A stretch of DNA of 64,000 nt, taken from assembly GCA_016748015.1 (NCBI GenBank), contig JAAOMT010000439.1, positions 838,719 to 902,718 on the forward strand, in the 5' to 3' direction. Made by a program: the position numbers and the translations under genes. Of the stretch, positions 1-11,990 are shown in pieces (the first letter of the stretch is position 1; every line of letters begins with the position of its first letter). Origin of the DNA: Geosiphon pyriformis uo1. Lineage: Eukaryota; Fungi; Glomeromycota. A model generated the notes under the pieces. It searched no databases, was not told the DNA's origin, and saw only the letters and a list, made by a program, of their open reading frames with translations.

Positions 1-1
1 T

Positions 2-3000
2 TTAAACATCTATATATATGAAGATATCTCAAAAATAATTTCTCGTGTAGAAAAACACCTTACAAATACTAGGCAAAGTTCCACAGATCTCTTCGACTCT
101 ATAAAAGTAAATCAAACCTCATCCAATTCAGTTTTTGTGCTTGGTTTTTTCTATCAATTTGGAATTGAGATTGATATCAACTTTGAGCAGGCTTTTTTAA
201 AATATCAGAAAAGCGCTTCTCAAGAAAACCCCTTAGGACAATTTTTCCTCGGAAAATGTTATAACGAAGGTATCGGCACTGAAAGAAATAATGAAAAAGC
301 ATTTGAATGGTATAAAAAAGCAGCGGAAAAAGGACATTTAATCGCACAATATAATCTTGGACTTTGCTATAATCATGGAGAAGGCGTAACCCAAGATCAT
401 GCAAAAGCAGTTGAATGGTATAAAAAAGCAGCAGAAAAAGAACATTCAGGTGCACAGTATAACCTTGGACTTTGCTATTATTATGAGAAAGGAGTAACCA
501 AAGATCTTGCAAAAGCAGTTGAATGGTATACTGAAGCAGCGAAAAAAGGACATTTAATTGCACAATATAAACTTGGACTTTGTTATTATTATGAGAAAGG
601 GGCAACCAAAGATCTTGCAAAAGCAGTTGAATGGTATAAAAAAGCAGCGGAAAAAGAACATTCAGGTGCACAGGTTAAACTTGCTTCTTGCTATGAAAAT
701 GGGAAAGGAGTAACTAAAGATCCTGCAAAAGCAGCTGAATGGTATAAAAAAGCAGCAGAAAAAGGAGACACAGATGCGCAAAATAATCTTGGAGTTTGTT
801 ATGAAAATGGGAAAGGAGTAACCAAAAATCTTGCAAAAGCGGTTGAATGGTATAAAAAAGCAGCAGAAAAAGAGCATTCAAGTGCACAGTATAACCTTGG
901 AATTTGCTATTATAATGGGGAAGGAGTGACCAAAGATCTTGCAAAAGCAGTTGAATGGTATAAAAAAGCAGCGGAAAAAGGAGACTCAAATGGACAATAT
1001 AATCTTGGAGTTTGCTATGAAAATGGGAAAGGAGTGACCAAAGAACTTGCAAAAGCAATTGAATGTTATAAAAAAGCAGCGGAAAAAGGAGACTCAGATG
1101 CACAGTATAATCTTGGAGTTTGCTATGAAAATGGGAAAGGAGTAATCCAAGATCTTTCAAAGGCAGTTGACTTTTATACAAAAGCAGCGGAAAAAGGAGA
1201 TTCAGATGGGCAGTATAATCTTGGAGTTTGCTATGAAAATGGGAAAGGAGTAACCAAAGATCTTGTAAAAGCATTTGAATGGTATAAAAAAGCAGCGGAA
1301 AAAGGAGACTCAGATGCACAGTATAATCTTGGAGTTTGCTATGAAAATGGGAAAGGAGTAACCCAAGATCATGCAAAAGCAGTTGAATGGTACACTAAAG
1401 CAGCAGAAAAAGAACATTTAATTGCACAGTATAACCTTGGACTTTGTTATTATTATGAGAAAGGAGTAACGAAAGACTTTGCAAAAGCAGTTGAATGGTA
1501 TAAAAAAGCAGCGGAAAAAGAACATTTAATTGCACAATATAACCTTGGACTTTGTTATTATTATGAGAAAGGAGTAACGAAAGACTTTGCAAAAGCAGTT
1601 GAATGGTATAAAAAAGCAGCGGAAAAAGAACATTTAATTGCACAATATAACCTTGGACTTTGTTATTATTATGAGAAAGGAGTAACGAAAGACTTTGCAA
1701 AAGCAGTTGAATGGTATAAAAAAGCAGCGGAAAAAGAACATTTAATTGCACAATATAACCTTGGACTTTGTTATTATTATGAGAAAGGAGTAACGAAAGA
1801 CTTTGCAAAAGCAGTTGAATGGTATAAAAAAGCAGCGGAAAAAGAACATTTAATTGCACAATATAACCTTGGACTTTGTTATTATTATGAGAAAGGAGTA
1901 ACGAAAGACTTTGCAAAAGCAGTTGAATGGTATAAAAAAGCAGCGGAAAAAGAACATTTAGGTGCACAGTTTAAACTTGCTTCTTGCTACAAAGATGGGG
2001 AAGGAGTAACGAAAGATCTTGCAAAAGCAGTTGAATGGTATAAAAAAGCAGCGGAAAAAGGAGACTTAAATGCGCAAAATAATCTTGGAGTTTGTTATGA
2101 AAATGGAAAAGGAGTAACCAAAGATCTTGGAAAAGCAGTTGAATGGTATAAAAAAGCAGCGGAAAGAGGAGACTCAGATGCACAGTATAATCTTGGAGTT
2201 TGCTATGAAAATGGAAAAGGAGTAACCAAAAATCTTGTAAAAGCAGTTGAATGGTATAAAGAAGCAGCCGAAAAAGGAGATTCAGACGCGCAAAATAATC
2301 TTGGAGTTTGTTATTATCATGGGGAAGGAGTAACCAAAGATCTTGTAAAAGCAGTCGAATGGTATAAAAAAGCAGCGGAAAAAGGATTTTCAAATGCACA
2401 GTATAACCTTGGAGCTTGCTATTATCATGGGGAAGGGGTAACCAAAGATCTTGCAAAAGCGGTTGAATGGTATAAAAAAGCAGCAGAAAAAGAGCATTCA
2501 GGTGCACAATATAACCTTGGGTTTTGCTATTATTATGAGAAAGGAGTAACAAAGGATTTTGCAAAAGCAGTTGAATGGTATACTAAAGCAGCAGAAAAAG
2601 GACATTTAATTGCACAATATAAACTTGGACTTTGTTATTACTATGAGAAAGGAGTAACTAAAAATTTTACAAAAGCGGTTGAATGGTACAAAAAAGCAGC
2701 AGAAAAAGAACATTCAGGCGCACAGTTTAAACTTGCTTCATGCTATAAAAATGGGGATGGAGTAACTGAAGATCTCAAGAATGCAGCTTTATGGTATACT
2801 AAAGCTGCGGAAAATGGACATTTAGACGCGCAAAATAATCTTCGAGTTTGTTATGAAAAGGGGGAAGGAGTAACCAAAGATCTTGCAAAAGTATTTGAAT
2901 GGTATAAAAAAGCAGCAGAAAAAGGAGACACAGATGCGCAAAATAATCTTGGAATTTGTTATGAAAATGGGAAAGGAGTAACCAAAGATCTTGTAAAAGC

Positions 3001-4600
3001 AGTTGAATGGTATAAAAAAGCTGCAGAAAAAGGACATTTAAGTGCACAATATAATCTTGCAATTTGCTATCAATATGGAGATGGAGTAACCAAAAATATT
3101 ACCAAAGCAGTTGAATGGTATAAAAAAGCGGCGGAAAAAGGAGACTTAAATGCACAGTATGATCTTGGACTTTTCTATGAAAATGGGGAAGGAGTAACCC
3201 AAGATCTTACAAAAGCAGTTAAATGGTATAAAAAAGCAGCGAAAAAAGAGCATTCGAATGCACAGTATAAACTTGGAGTTTGCTATGAAGATGGAAAAGG
3301 AGTAACCAAAGATTCTGCAAAAGCAGTTGAATGGTATAAAAAAGTTGCGGAAAAAGGAGACTCAGAGGCGCAAAATAATCTTGGAGTTTGTTATGAAAAT
3401 GGGAAAGGAGTAACCAATGATCTTGCAAAAGCAGTTGAATGGTATACTAAAGCAGCGAAAAAAGAAAATTCAAGTGCACAGTATAATCTTGGAGTTTGCT
3501 ATGAAAATGGGAAAGGAGTAACCAAAGATCTTGCAAAAGCAGTTGAATGGTATACTAAAGCAGCGAAAAAAGGAGACTCAGATGCATACTATAATCTTGG
3601 AGTTTGTTATGAAAATGGGAAAGGAGTAAGTAAAGATTTTGCAAAAGCAGTTGAATGGTATAAAAAAGCAGCCGAAAAAGGAGACTCAGATGCGCAAAAT
3701 AATCTTGGAGTTTGCTATGAAAATGGGAAAGGAGGAACCAAAGATCTTTCAAAGGCAGTTGACTTGTATACAAAAGCAGCGGGAAATGGAAATTTAGACG
3801 CACAGTTTAATCTTGCATTTTGCTATAGAAATGGAATTGGAGTAATCCAAGATCTTGCAAAAGCTGTTGAATGGTATAAAAAAGCAGCGGGAAAAGAACA
3901 TTTAGGTGCACAATATAATCTTGGACTCTGTTATTACCAAGGGAGTGGAGTAACCAAAGATATTGCAAAAGCAGTTGAATGGTATACTAAAGCAGCGGAA
4001 AAAGAACATTCAGGTGCACAATATAATCTTGCGCTCTGTTATTACCAAGGGAGTAAAATAACCAAAGATCTTGCAAAAATAAATAAAAGGTGTAGCAAAT
4101 CAGCAGAAAATGAAAAATCAAATGCACAATCTACTCTTGGAGTTTGTTATAAAAATGGGGATATAGTAACTAAAGATCTCAAAAAAGCATTTGAATGGTA
4201 TACTAAAGCTGCGAAAAATGGACATATAGATGCACAGTTTAAACTCGCTATTTGCTATACAAATGGGGATGGAGTAACCAAAGATCTTGCGAAAGCAGTT
4301 GAATGGTATACTAAAGCCGCAGAAAACGGAAATTTAGATGCTCAAAATAAACTTGGAACTTGCTATAAAAAGGGGTATGGAGTAACGAAAAATCCCATGA
4401 ATGCAGTTGAATGGTATATTAAAGCTGCGAAAAATGGACATTTAGATGCGCAAAATAATCTTGGAGTTTGCTATACAAATGGGGACGGAGTGAAGAAAGA
4501 TCTCGCCAAAGCAGTTGAATGGTATAAAAAAGCAACGGAAAACGGACATTCAGGTGCACGGTTTAACCTTGCTTCTTGCTATTACCATGGGAGTGAGTAA
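2..4600 (+). CDS. Giant Sel1-like repeat (SLR/TPR-like) protein, ~41 tandem 36-aa repeats; 5' end lies outside the window
   Basis: ORF 137..4600 repeats AQYNLGxCYxxGxGVxKDxxKAVEWYxKAAEKG. The same frame is open back to position 2 (LNIYIYEDISK...), so the GTG at 137 is not the true start. Such genes in Glomeromycotina often carry an N-terminal kinase domain (not visible here). Confidence 0.93.
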   Translation, partial: LNIYIYEDISKIISRVEKHLTNTRQSSTDLFDSIKVNQTSSNSVFVLGFFYQFGIEIDINFEQAFLKYQKSASQENPLGQFFLGKCYNEGIGTERNNEKAFEWYKKAAEKGHLIAQYNLGLCYNHGEGVTQDHAKAVEWYKKAAEKEHSGAQYNLGLCYYYEKGVTKDLAKAVEWYTEAAKKGHLIAQYKLGLCYYYEKGATKDLAKAVEWYKKAAEKEHSGAQVKLASCYENGKGVTKDPAKAAEWYKKAAEKGDTDAQNNLGVCYENGKGVTKNLAKAVEWYKKAAEKEHSSAQYNLGICYYNGEGVTKDLAKAVEWYKKAAEKGDSNGQYNLGVCYENGKGVTKELAKAIECYKKAAEKGDSDAQYNLGVCYENGKGVIQDLSKAVDFYTKAAEKGDSDGQYNLGVCYENGKGVTKDLVKAFEWYKKAAEKGDSDAQYNLGVCYENGKGVTQDHAKAVEWYTKAAEKEHLIAQYNLGLCYYYEKGVTKDFAKAVEWYKKAAEKEHLIAQYNLGLCYYYEKGVTKDFAKAVEWYKKAAEKEHLIAQYNLGLCYYYEKGVTKDFAKAVEWYKKAAEKEHLIAQYNLGLCYYYEKGVTKDFAKAVEWYKKAAEKEHLIAQYNLGLCYYYEKGVTKDFAKAVEWYKKAAEKEHLGAQFKLASCYKDGEGVTKDLAKAVEWYKKAAEKGDLNAQNNLGVCYENGKGVTKDLGKAVEWYKKAAERGDSDAQYNLGVCYENGKGVTKNLVKAVEWYKEAAEKGDSDAQNNLGVCYYHGEGVTKDLVKAVEWYKKAAEKGFSNAQYNLGACYYHGEGVTKDLAKAVEWYKKAAEKEHSGAQYNLGFCYYYEKGVTKDFAKAVEWYTKAAEKGHLIAQYKLGLCYYYEKGVTKNFTKAVEWYKKAAEKEHSGAQFKLASCYKNGDGVTEDLKNAALWYTKAAENGHLDAQNNLRVCYEKGEGVTKDLAKVFEWYKKAAEKGDTDAQNNLGICYENGKGVTKDLVKAVEWYKKAAEKGHLSAQYNLAICYQYGDGVTKNITKAVEWYKKAAEKGDLNAQYDLGLFYENGEGVTQDLTKAVKWYKKAAKKEHSNAQYKLGVCYEDGKGVTKDSAKAVEWYKKVAEKGDSEAQNNLGVCYENGKGVTNDLAKAVEWYTKAAKKENSSAQYNLGVCYENGKGVTKDLAKAVEWYTKAAKKGDSDAYYNLGVCYENGKGVSKDFAKAVEWYKKAAEKGDSDAQNNLGVCYENGKGGTKDLSKAVDLYTKAAGNGNLDAQFNLAFCYRNGIGVIQDLAKAVEWYKKAAGKEHLGAQYNLGLCYYQGSGVTKDIAKAVEWYTKAAEKEHSGAQYNLALCYYQGSKITKDLAKINKRCSKSAENEKSNAQSTLGVCYKNGDIVTKDLKKAFEWYTKAAKNGHIDAQFKLAICYTNGDGVTKDLAKAVEWYTKAAENGNLDAQNKLGTCYKKGYGVTKNPMNAVEWYIKAAKNGHLDAQNNLGVCYTNGDGVKKDLAKAVEWYKKATENGHSGARFNLASCYYHGSE
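1409..1960 (+). repeat. Five near-identical tandem 108-bp units inside the Sel1 gene
   Basis: KEHLIAQYNLGLCYYYEKGVTKDFAKAVEWYKKAAE x5, essentially identical at the DNA level. Confidence 0.95.
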
Positions 4601-5240
4601 GCAAAAAATCTTGCAAGGCAAAGGAATGCATAAAAAAGAAAAACGATCATATTACATATTAATTTTTATACATATTATTAAAATATTTTGCCATTACTGT
4701 TAATTAAATATTATTAAAGTATCATTTCAACACTTATTTAAAACAAATTTTAACAAATTATTTGAAATAAAAATTTTAAAAATGTTATTTGATGATTTAT
4801 TTAATTATTATAATTATATAGTAATAATTTTTTTATTTTTTAAAATTAGTTATCAACTTCGATCAACCTGTTAATTTAATTGTTGAAATAATTATTTAAG
4901 GGCAATTAATTTTTTTAAACATAATAAAAAATAAAAATATCAAATAAAATATTCATTAATTCCTAATTAAAATCCATATTTTAAATATATATTTATTTAC
5001 TTTTAGGATTTACACAACAATTATTTTATTTATAACTACTTTAAAATTGAAAAAAAAGTTTTTCAAAAATAATGTAATATTATAAATAGTTAGTAATTTG
5101 AAAGATCAACTTTTTCGAAAAAGATTTATTTAAAAAAAGCTAAAAAGTTTTATATGTTATAAATGATTAGTTGAATTAAAATCCATAAATTGGTTTACAT
5201 AAATACTTAAATTAAATAATGCTTAGAGAAAGTTTCTTGA

Positions 5241-5264
5241 TATATATATATATATATATATATA
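5241..5264. repeat. (TA)12 microsatellite
   Basis: Direct reading, between the convergent 3' ends of the two genes. Confidence 0.95.
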
Positions 5265-5373
5265 GTATTCTGTTTTTTTTTAATCTTATTTTTCAAAACA
5301 TATATTTACTTTTAAAATTGAAATCAATCTTGATATTAATAATTTAAATAAAAGATATTTGGACAAATTTAAG

Positions 5374-6499
5374 TTAAAAGATAGGTTCAAGTTTTTTTCT
5401 TCCAAAAACTCTATATTGGTTGAGGAGAGTAACACTTTGATTAGCCTCAATTTCCATTACTTCAACAAAAGCATTATAATGTTCTGCTGAAATATTCATA
5501 TAATCCCTCAAAAACGGAGCGCCAGATCGTAGTCCATTAACAACAAATCGCAAGCTCTAAGAAGAGAAATTCAATTACTGTATAAGAATTATTTTTCAAA
5601 TATATGAAATTTTTCTTACCTCTTGCCCTATTTTTCCACCCTTTTCTCCAAGGCGAATTGTAATTGCTTTTTTCTTTATTTCAGAAAATCCATTTGTGCT
5701 TTCGAAAATCGCTGGCAACTCTTGACCGATATTTGGATTGAGTCCTATCGATCTCATCATATCAACTACTATGTATTTTCGAAAGAGCAACTGCTTATTT
5801 TCAAACAATCAGGTATCAAAAAAAATAGCCTCATCTTTGTTTTTACACTTACAGCTTTTCCCAATACGCTGGGTAACATCTCCTTCGCTTGGCCACTCCG
5901 CATCGGTTTCAATAAATTCAATCCAACCACCTGGACGAGTGACGCGCAACAATTCCTGTATGACGTTATTTCTCCATTGTTCTTGTGTGAATCCACCGAC
6001 TAAATATCGTTGATGAATAAAATCAAAAGTTGATTTTTCCATTGGAAGTCCATCCAAAAGATTATATTGAAGGAATTCAACATTTTCAGGTATATTTGTT
6101 GTTGGGAAAACGGGAGAAATGTCGATTGCAACGAAATGGGAATTTGGATAAGTTTTTGCCATATCAAGTGTCCAAGTTCCTGGTCCACATCTTTAGAAAA
6201 TATTAATTATTTTAATAGACTATTCGACAGTAAAAAAAAAATTTGAAAATTTACCCTATTTCCAAAACAGAAGCACCCTTCCTTAAAATTTCATCGACAG
6301 GAGATTTAAAATTTCCTTCCCAAATTTGTTTTTGACAATGATGATACCGTTCTAATCGGTCAACCTCTGGCTCATCGTTTGCAAGTCTATACTCGGAATT
6401 TTCAAGATTATGATATCGCCTTCCATCAACTACACGATATTGAGGTCTTTGATATTCTATTCGATTTACACGTCTTAAACAGCTGCAGCATAAGCCCAT
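5374..6499 (-). CDS. SAM-dependent methyltransferase, LaeA-like/Methyltransf_23-25 type, 304 aa; exons 6499-6255, 6190-5853, 5768-5620, 5556-5374
   Basis: Three GT-AG introns (64, 84, 63 nt) join the frames into 915 nt. Splicing restores motif I VLEIGCGPGTW; also DEPEVDRL, FVAIDISP, FDFIHQR, ELLRVTRPGGWIEFIE and C-terminal YRVFGRK. Confidence 0.9.
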
Positions 6500-7080
6500 T
6501 TCTAACTGATAGAAAAGTTAATTGGGAAATAATCAATTTTTTTTGCTTTTGAATCTTTGGCCTTTTATTTTATTTTAATAGTTTAATCGGTGAAACAAAA
6601 ATTATATTATACAGCTACAGCCATTTAGAATTCTCCAGGTGTGTTTGCAGGTTTTTTTTATCAATGCTATGCAGTACACTTAGTAAAGTTTAATTTGCAC
6701 AACGGTATAAAATTTAGGTTAGGTCTTGTGTTAGGTTGCTCTCAAACATATTTCATAATATAATATTCAAGATCAGGAATATCTCATATCTACTATTGAA
6801 TGAAAAATTCAAGATTTTTCATAATCATAATATTATCCTCCATTGATAATTTAAACCAGTCGCAAAGTTGAATGTAACACATATATCCGATGCATTCTTT
6901 TGAGCTTGCCTCTGTAAACATATGTTCAAGAAAATAACAAATATATAAAATACATTTAACATAATTGGTAAAGACCCTTTTGATCAAGTTTCTAATTCAT
7001 TAAAATATCTATTTGTTTATAAAAACATATTAATTATTCTAATTAACCAATTTTCATACCACTTTCAATCTCTTCTAATT

Positions 7081-7100
7081 GGGGGTGGGGGGGGGGGGTG
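7081..7100 (+). repeat. G-rich tract (G5-T-G12-TG), potential G-quadruplex
   Basis: gggggtggggggggggggtg in an otherwise AT-rich region ~580 bp upstream of the methyltransferase ATG. Confidence 0.6.
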
Positions 7101-9438
7101 TAAAACACTTTTGTCAGCATTTTTACAAGACAATTATTACCCTAAATAATTATAGTATAAATATTTTTAATTCAGAAATTCTTTTTAGAAAATTCTTTTA
7201 AACGATCAGATCAGCTTATCTAAGATTTAATAAACCAAACGTTTTATTTGTCTAAACATGTTATCAAATGCATCTTCTAATATATTGTTTAGCAGATTCG
7301 TATTTTAAAAAAAAATTATAAATAAATTAAACTTTAAAAATATATTGCATGACAATTTGTCCAATATTTGTTCAAATAAAACCAAATTATAAATAACTCA
7401 CAATACTGATGAAATAGAATTTTTTTTTACCATTATTAAAAACAAAAATTAATATAAATTTAAAATTATTTATAGCTAATTTTTAAAAAGATTTTCGAAC
7501 TTTTTAATCATTTTTCAAAAATAAAATAATGTTATGTTAATATAAGAATAAATTGTCTTGTTTTATTGTCAATCTTTATTTTAATCAATATTATTATAAG
7601 CAATTTTATGTTATTTTAAAAAATAGGTTAATTAAAAGAAATAATTTATTTAGAAATTATACATAAAATTTTTTATTAACTCAATTAGAAATTTAAATAA
7701 TTAGTAATTAATAAATAATCAAGACATAATTACTGTGATTGGGCTTACACGTTAAAATAAAATAAAAATAAAAAATTAATTATTAACTAAATATTTTATT
7801 AAAAAATATTTTTGATCAATCCTAAATACATTATGAATTTTAAATCAGAAATAATTGCCAATTACAAAACAATTAATAATAAAATAAAAAAGCATTGACC
7901 TCAATGCCAAGCGAATAAGCATTTTCCCATCATTAATTCTAACTTTAACCCTATCTCTCCCTATCTAATTTAGGTATGATAGGCGGAAAATTTTACTATA
8001 TTTAGCGCACAATAGGCATTGAATGTCGTATCCTTATTAAATTGCTGTAAAAAAATAAGGTTTGTTTTAGTTTGGTTTGGTTTTGTCTAACGTTTCATTT
8101 TTCGGTACGTTTTAAACCCGAGATTAACACAAAACAAAGGAAAAGCCATTTCTCAATTAGAGATATTCATTCTAACCCAATTTTGGAAATTTTCAAATTA
8201 AGAAATATCGGAATTTTTATCGTTGGTGATATTACTTTAAAAGTTGTACAAGCAATCACCTCACGAAAAATCTTATAGAAAACTTAAAACAATAAGATGC
8301 ATGTTTTTACCAATCATCAAAAAACGGGTAACGAATTTTCAATGTAATCCGCTGATTTGGCCAACATCAAAGCCCGGGCTTATCACCAAACTATTTTTGA
8401 AATTTGAAATTTATCTCAATCGATATTGGCAGCTTTTTATAAATATATTATTAATAAAAATTTGGCTAAAATTTTTATTCGACATTTGAATTTTCAATTT
8501 ATTATTATTAGATGAATTAATTTGTATAGTGTTCATAATTTTGTTTGAATTAAATCTGCAATAAAATATTAACCAATTTTTTACATTTTTATGAATATTT
8601 TAAATATATACTTTTATATTATTTAAGTCCTGTGTATAAGCAGTAAACAACGTGGTAGCTATTTAAAAACAGAAACAAAATAAAAACAGCCATTAAAACT
8701 GGAAAAATATTTTCTAAGTTTATTTGTTAATTGTCTTTAATGTATCAGATTAATTTCATTGTTGTTTTTAAGATTAAATTGTCTTTTATGACAAGAAAAA
8801 ACCAAAAAAAATATGATAATTTCATTCTTAATTCTTTTGTAAAAAAAATATACCTTTTGTTTTTTAGTTTAATTTTTTTCTGAATTTATTTGTTTTATTA
8901 ACTTTTGAATTGCTTTAAATTATTCAGTAATTACTTTATTTAGACCTTGTGTTTTTTATTCCAATTTTATTTTCTATTTTGATATTAGTATAAAAATTCC
9001 GAATATTTTTTGAATTTAAAAATAAAAAAATTCCATTTTGGTTAGCATTTTCAGAAAACCATCAAATAATTTGTTATACAATTTTACTAGCATTTTTTCA
9101 AGTAAACTAGATGACAGAAAATTCTTGAAAATATTTTCTAACAATTTGAAATTTGTAATTATTATCATATTAATTTGTAATGACAGCTTTTTTAAAGTTT
9201 TCAATAATTCTATAGGGTCTTAAAAATTTCTTTAAAATAAAAATAAAAAACTTATATTTTAGCAATCTAGAATGGTTTGGATGTTTTGAAAAATTAGAAA
9301 AATATCTGTTTTTGTAAAAGTCATGAGAGGTGTTGGTTTTTATTGTTATTAGCTAGAATTTAGGTCATAATTACTGTTAAAAACAATTAAGAATTAAAAA
9401 CAGAATTATCGATAATGCCAAAAAAAACTATTTAACAA

Positions 9439-11990
9439 AGTTACCAATATTATAAATTAAAAATAAACTAAAAAAATCAACATAATTTTAGTATTGCATT
9501 ACAAAAAAATTATCTTTAATTTACAAATTAATAAGTTATTATAATTAAATATACAGAACTCTGAAATTTGAATGCAAAAACAATTTCAAGCTGAAATTTA
9601 TGTATTTTAAATAGATTTTAAGTAAATTAGACAAAATTTAATTAATTCAGATTGAAATTAATTAAAGTTTAAGAACCTAAAATATTGCAATAAAAATTTG
9701 TATAAAAAAAGTTTTTTTCTTTTAAAAAATATATCTTATAATAGATATTTAGCATAATAATATTTATTTTACTTGAAATAAAAATTTTATTCACAAAAAC
9801 AAATCTTTTTGGCTCAAAATAATTAATTCGAAACAAATTCTCTTATTTACTACATTAAAACTAGTAAACTTTGCAGTTGTTTAACTACTAACTGTTAATC
9901 TATTATTTAGCTCAGAATATTAAACCCAAAATAAAATATTATTATTATTAATTGAAAGAAATATTAACTTTTTAAATTTATAAAATCAAAAAAGTGATTA
10001 TTAGATTTTACATATCAAAAAACAATAGAATAAAAAATTATTAGGCAAACAGTTTAAAACAATTCTTTAAAATTTAAGATATTATATTTAAAGATTTTTT
10101 ATAATTGAAATCATATAGCAATTGCTTAAACAATTTGGATTTAAATATTAATTTGTAGCATTTTTTTGAAAATATTTTATAAATAATATGTATTAATAGA
10201 ATTAGGCCAAATTTTAATAGCAATATAAAAACAGTAAATTGAAAGTTATTATCAGCAAAATTATTATAATCAAAAATAAATAAATCTCTGGTAACATTTG
10301 GTGTTTTTCTAGAAAATTAACATAGCCTAAAAATTATACAAAGTAATAACTGTAATTAAAACAAAAACTCTAAAGTATTATTAACAATTTTACATTTATT
10401 GTTAACAAAAATTCAATATTTCAAACATAATTTTAGTTATAAAAACTACTTTTTATAATTATCTTAACAACAAAGTTAATAATTATTTTTTTGAAAAATA
10501 CAATATTATAAAAGTTAAAAATACTTTTAATAAAAATATTATTTACTATTTAACAAATTCAAATACTTTGGGCTCTCAACTTTTTAACACCTACTTTCAA
10601 AAACTTAACTATAATTTGAAAAGTTTTATATAAAACAATGTTTATTTAAAAAAATATTTTTCTAAATTAGAATTAGTTTTTGAACTTATTAAAAAAAAAA
10701 AAAAACAGTATTTAATGCATCAAATCTGGCTGCCAAAACGTATAAACATTAAAAACAAGTTAAAAAAACAGTACTTACTATTATACTATTTAATATTTCT
10801 AATTTAATTTTAAACTTCAAAATTATCTTTAAATTATTTTTTTAAAATAGAAAATTTTACTAATTTTTACAGCTTATTTGAATTTATTTAACAAGAAAAA
10901 AAAATATCAGTAAAAGTTTACTTGAAAATAATTACTAAAATAAAACTAAACAGTTAAAAAACTAAGAAAACTCAGAAAAAAGCTTAGAAAAGAAAACCAA
11001 AAACATAATTATTTCATATTATATTGTCAAAATTCCTGATTTCTCAGTAAAAAATGGTAAAGTTAATCTAGAAAAATAATTGGATAAAGTAACAAAGACA
11101 TTAAAGCTAATAAATAAAATATAACCAAATTTTTTAAAACTATTTTTTACTTTTTGCAAAAAACAACAAATGTTTTTAATAATTATAATACTTTTAAAAC
11201 AGCTTTTATTAAATATTTTACAAATGTAAATACTTTTATTACTCTTAAATTGTTTTAAAAATATTAGACAATAATCTAATAAATCTGTTATTACTTATTT
11301 AAAAAGATTCAATAAATTTCTTAGAAGAATCAAACAACTAAAAACAGAAAATTATTATTCAAATTCATAAATTCTTGATCAATTTATCTTTTAATTAAAA
11401 AAAAACTTCTTAAAAAAAATAGATATTATTTACTTAATATTTTAGCCAAAATTATTCAAGTTGCCAAAAATAATATGATAATTGAAGAAGCAATTTACAC
11501 CAAATTTATAAACATAACTATTGAAAAATCTAGTATAACAACAGAAAAAAAAATTGAAAACTTAAAAAAGAAAATTGATACAAAATTAAAATCAAAATCA
11601 AAGCAAAAATCAGTTTTAATCACACCAAAATTAATTTAAAACAAAAAGTTGTTATTATTGTAAAAACAAAAAACACTGGGCCAAAAATTGTAGAATCAAA
11701 TAATAAAATTAACAACCAAATAATTAATCTTATCAAATAAATTTCCTAATTTACAACATTATTTATTTTCATTAAAACCTAGATATTTTCAACCAAATTA
11801 TTATTAAATATTAGTTTGAAATTATCAGCAAAATTCAGCTCTATATTATGTATTCAATATATTACTAGTAATTTATAATAGCAAATACCAAATTACCAAA
11901 ATCAGTTTTTACTTTAAAATTAATTTCAATTTATATATTTAGGAAATTATAATCATAATTAAATAGTTTAAGAAATAATAGACAACAAGA
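9439..11990 (+). mobile_element. Degraded Ty3/Gypsy 5' part: LTR (~9439-10296), PBS and gag relic
   Basis: LTR end ctctggtaaca followed by tttggtg, as at 57126-57142. TATA-like tgtataaaaaaag at ~9700 resembles LTR-A. YIVKIPDF at ~11020 matches YIAKIPEF at 57910. Zinc knuckle CYYCKNKKHWAKNC at ~11650-11691. Confidence 0.7.

Noticed and set aside
137-139. GTG start suggesting a bacterial Sel1 gene
   Set aside because: The frame is open upstream to the window edge, and the neighbouring spliceosomal gene and retrotransposons indicate a eukaryotic locus
177-3803. Leu/Gln-rich minus-strand ORFs over the Sel1 gene
   Set aside because: Antisense shadows of the 108-bp repeat; no independent coding signal
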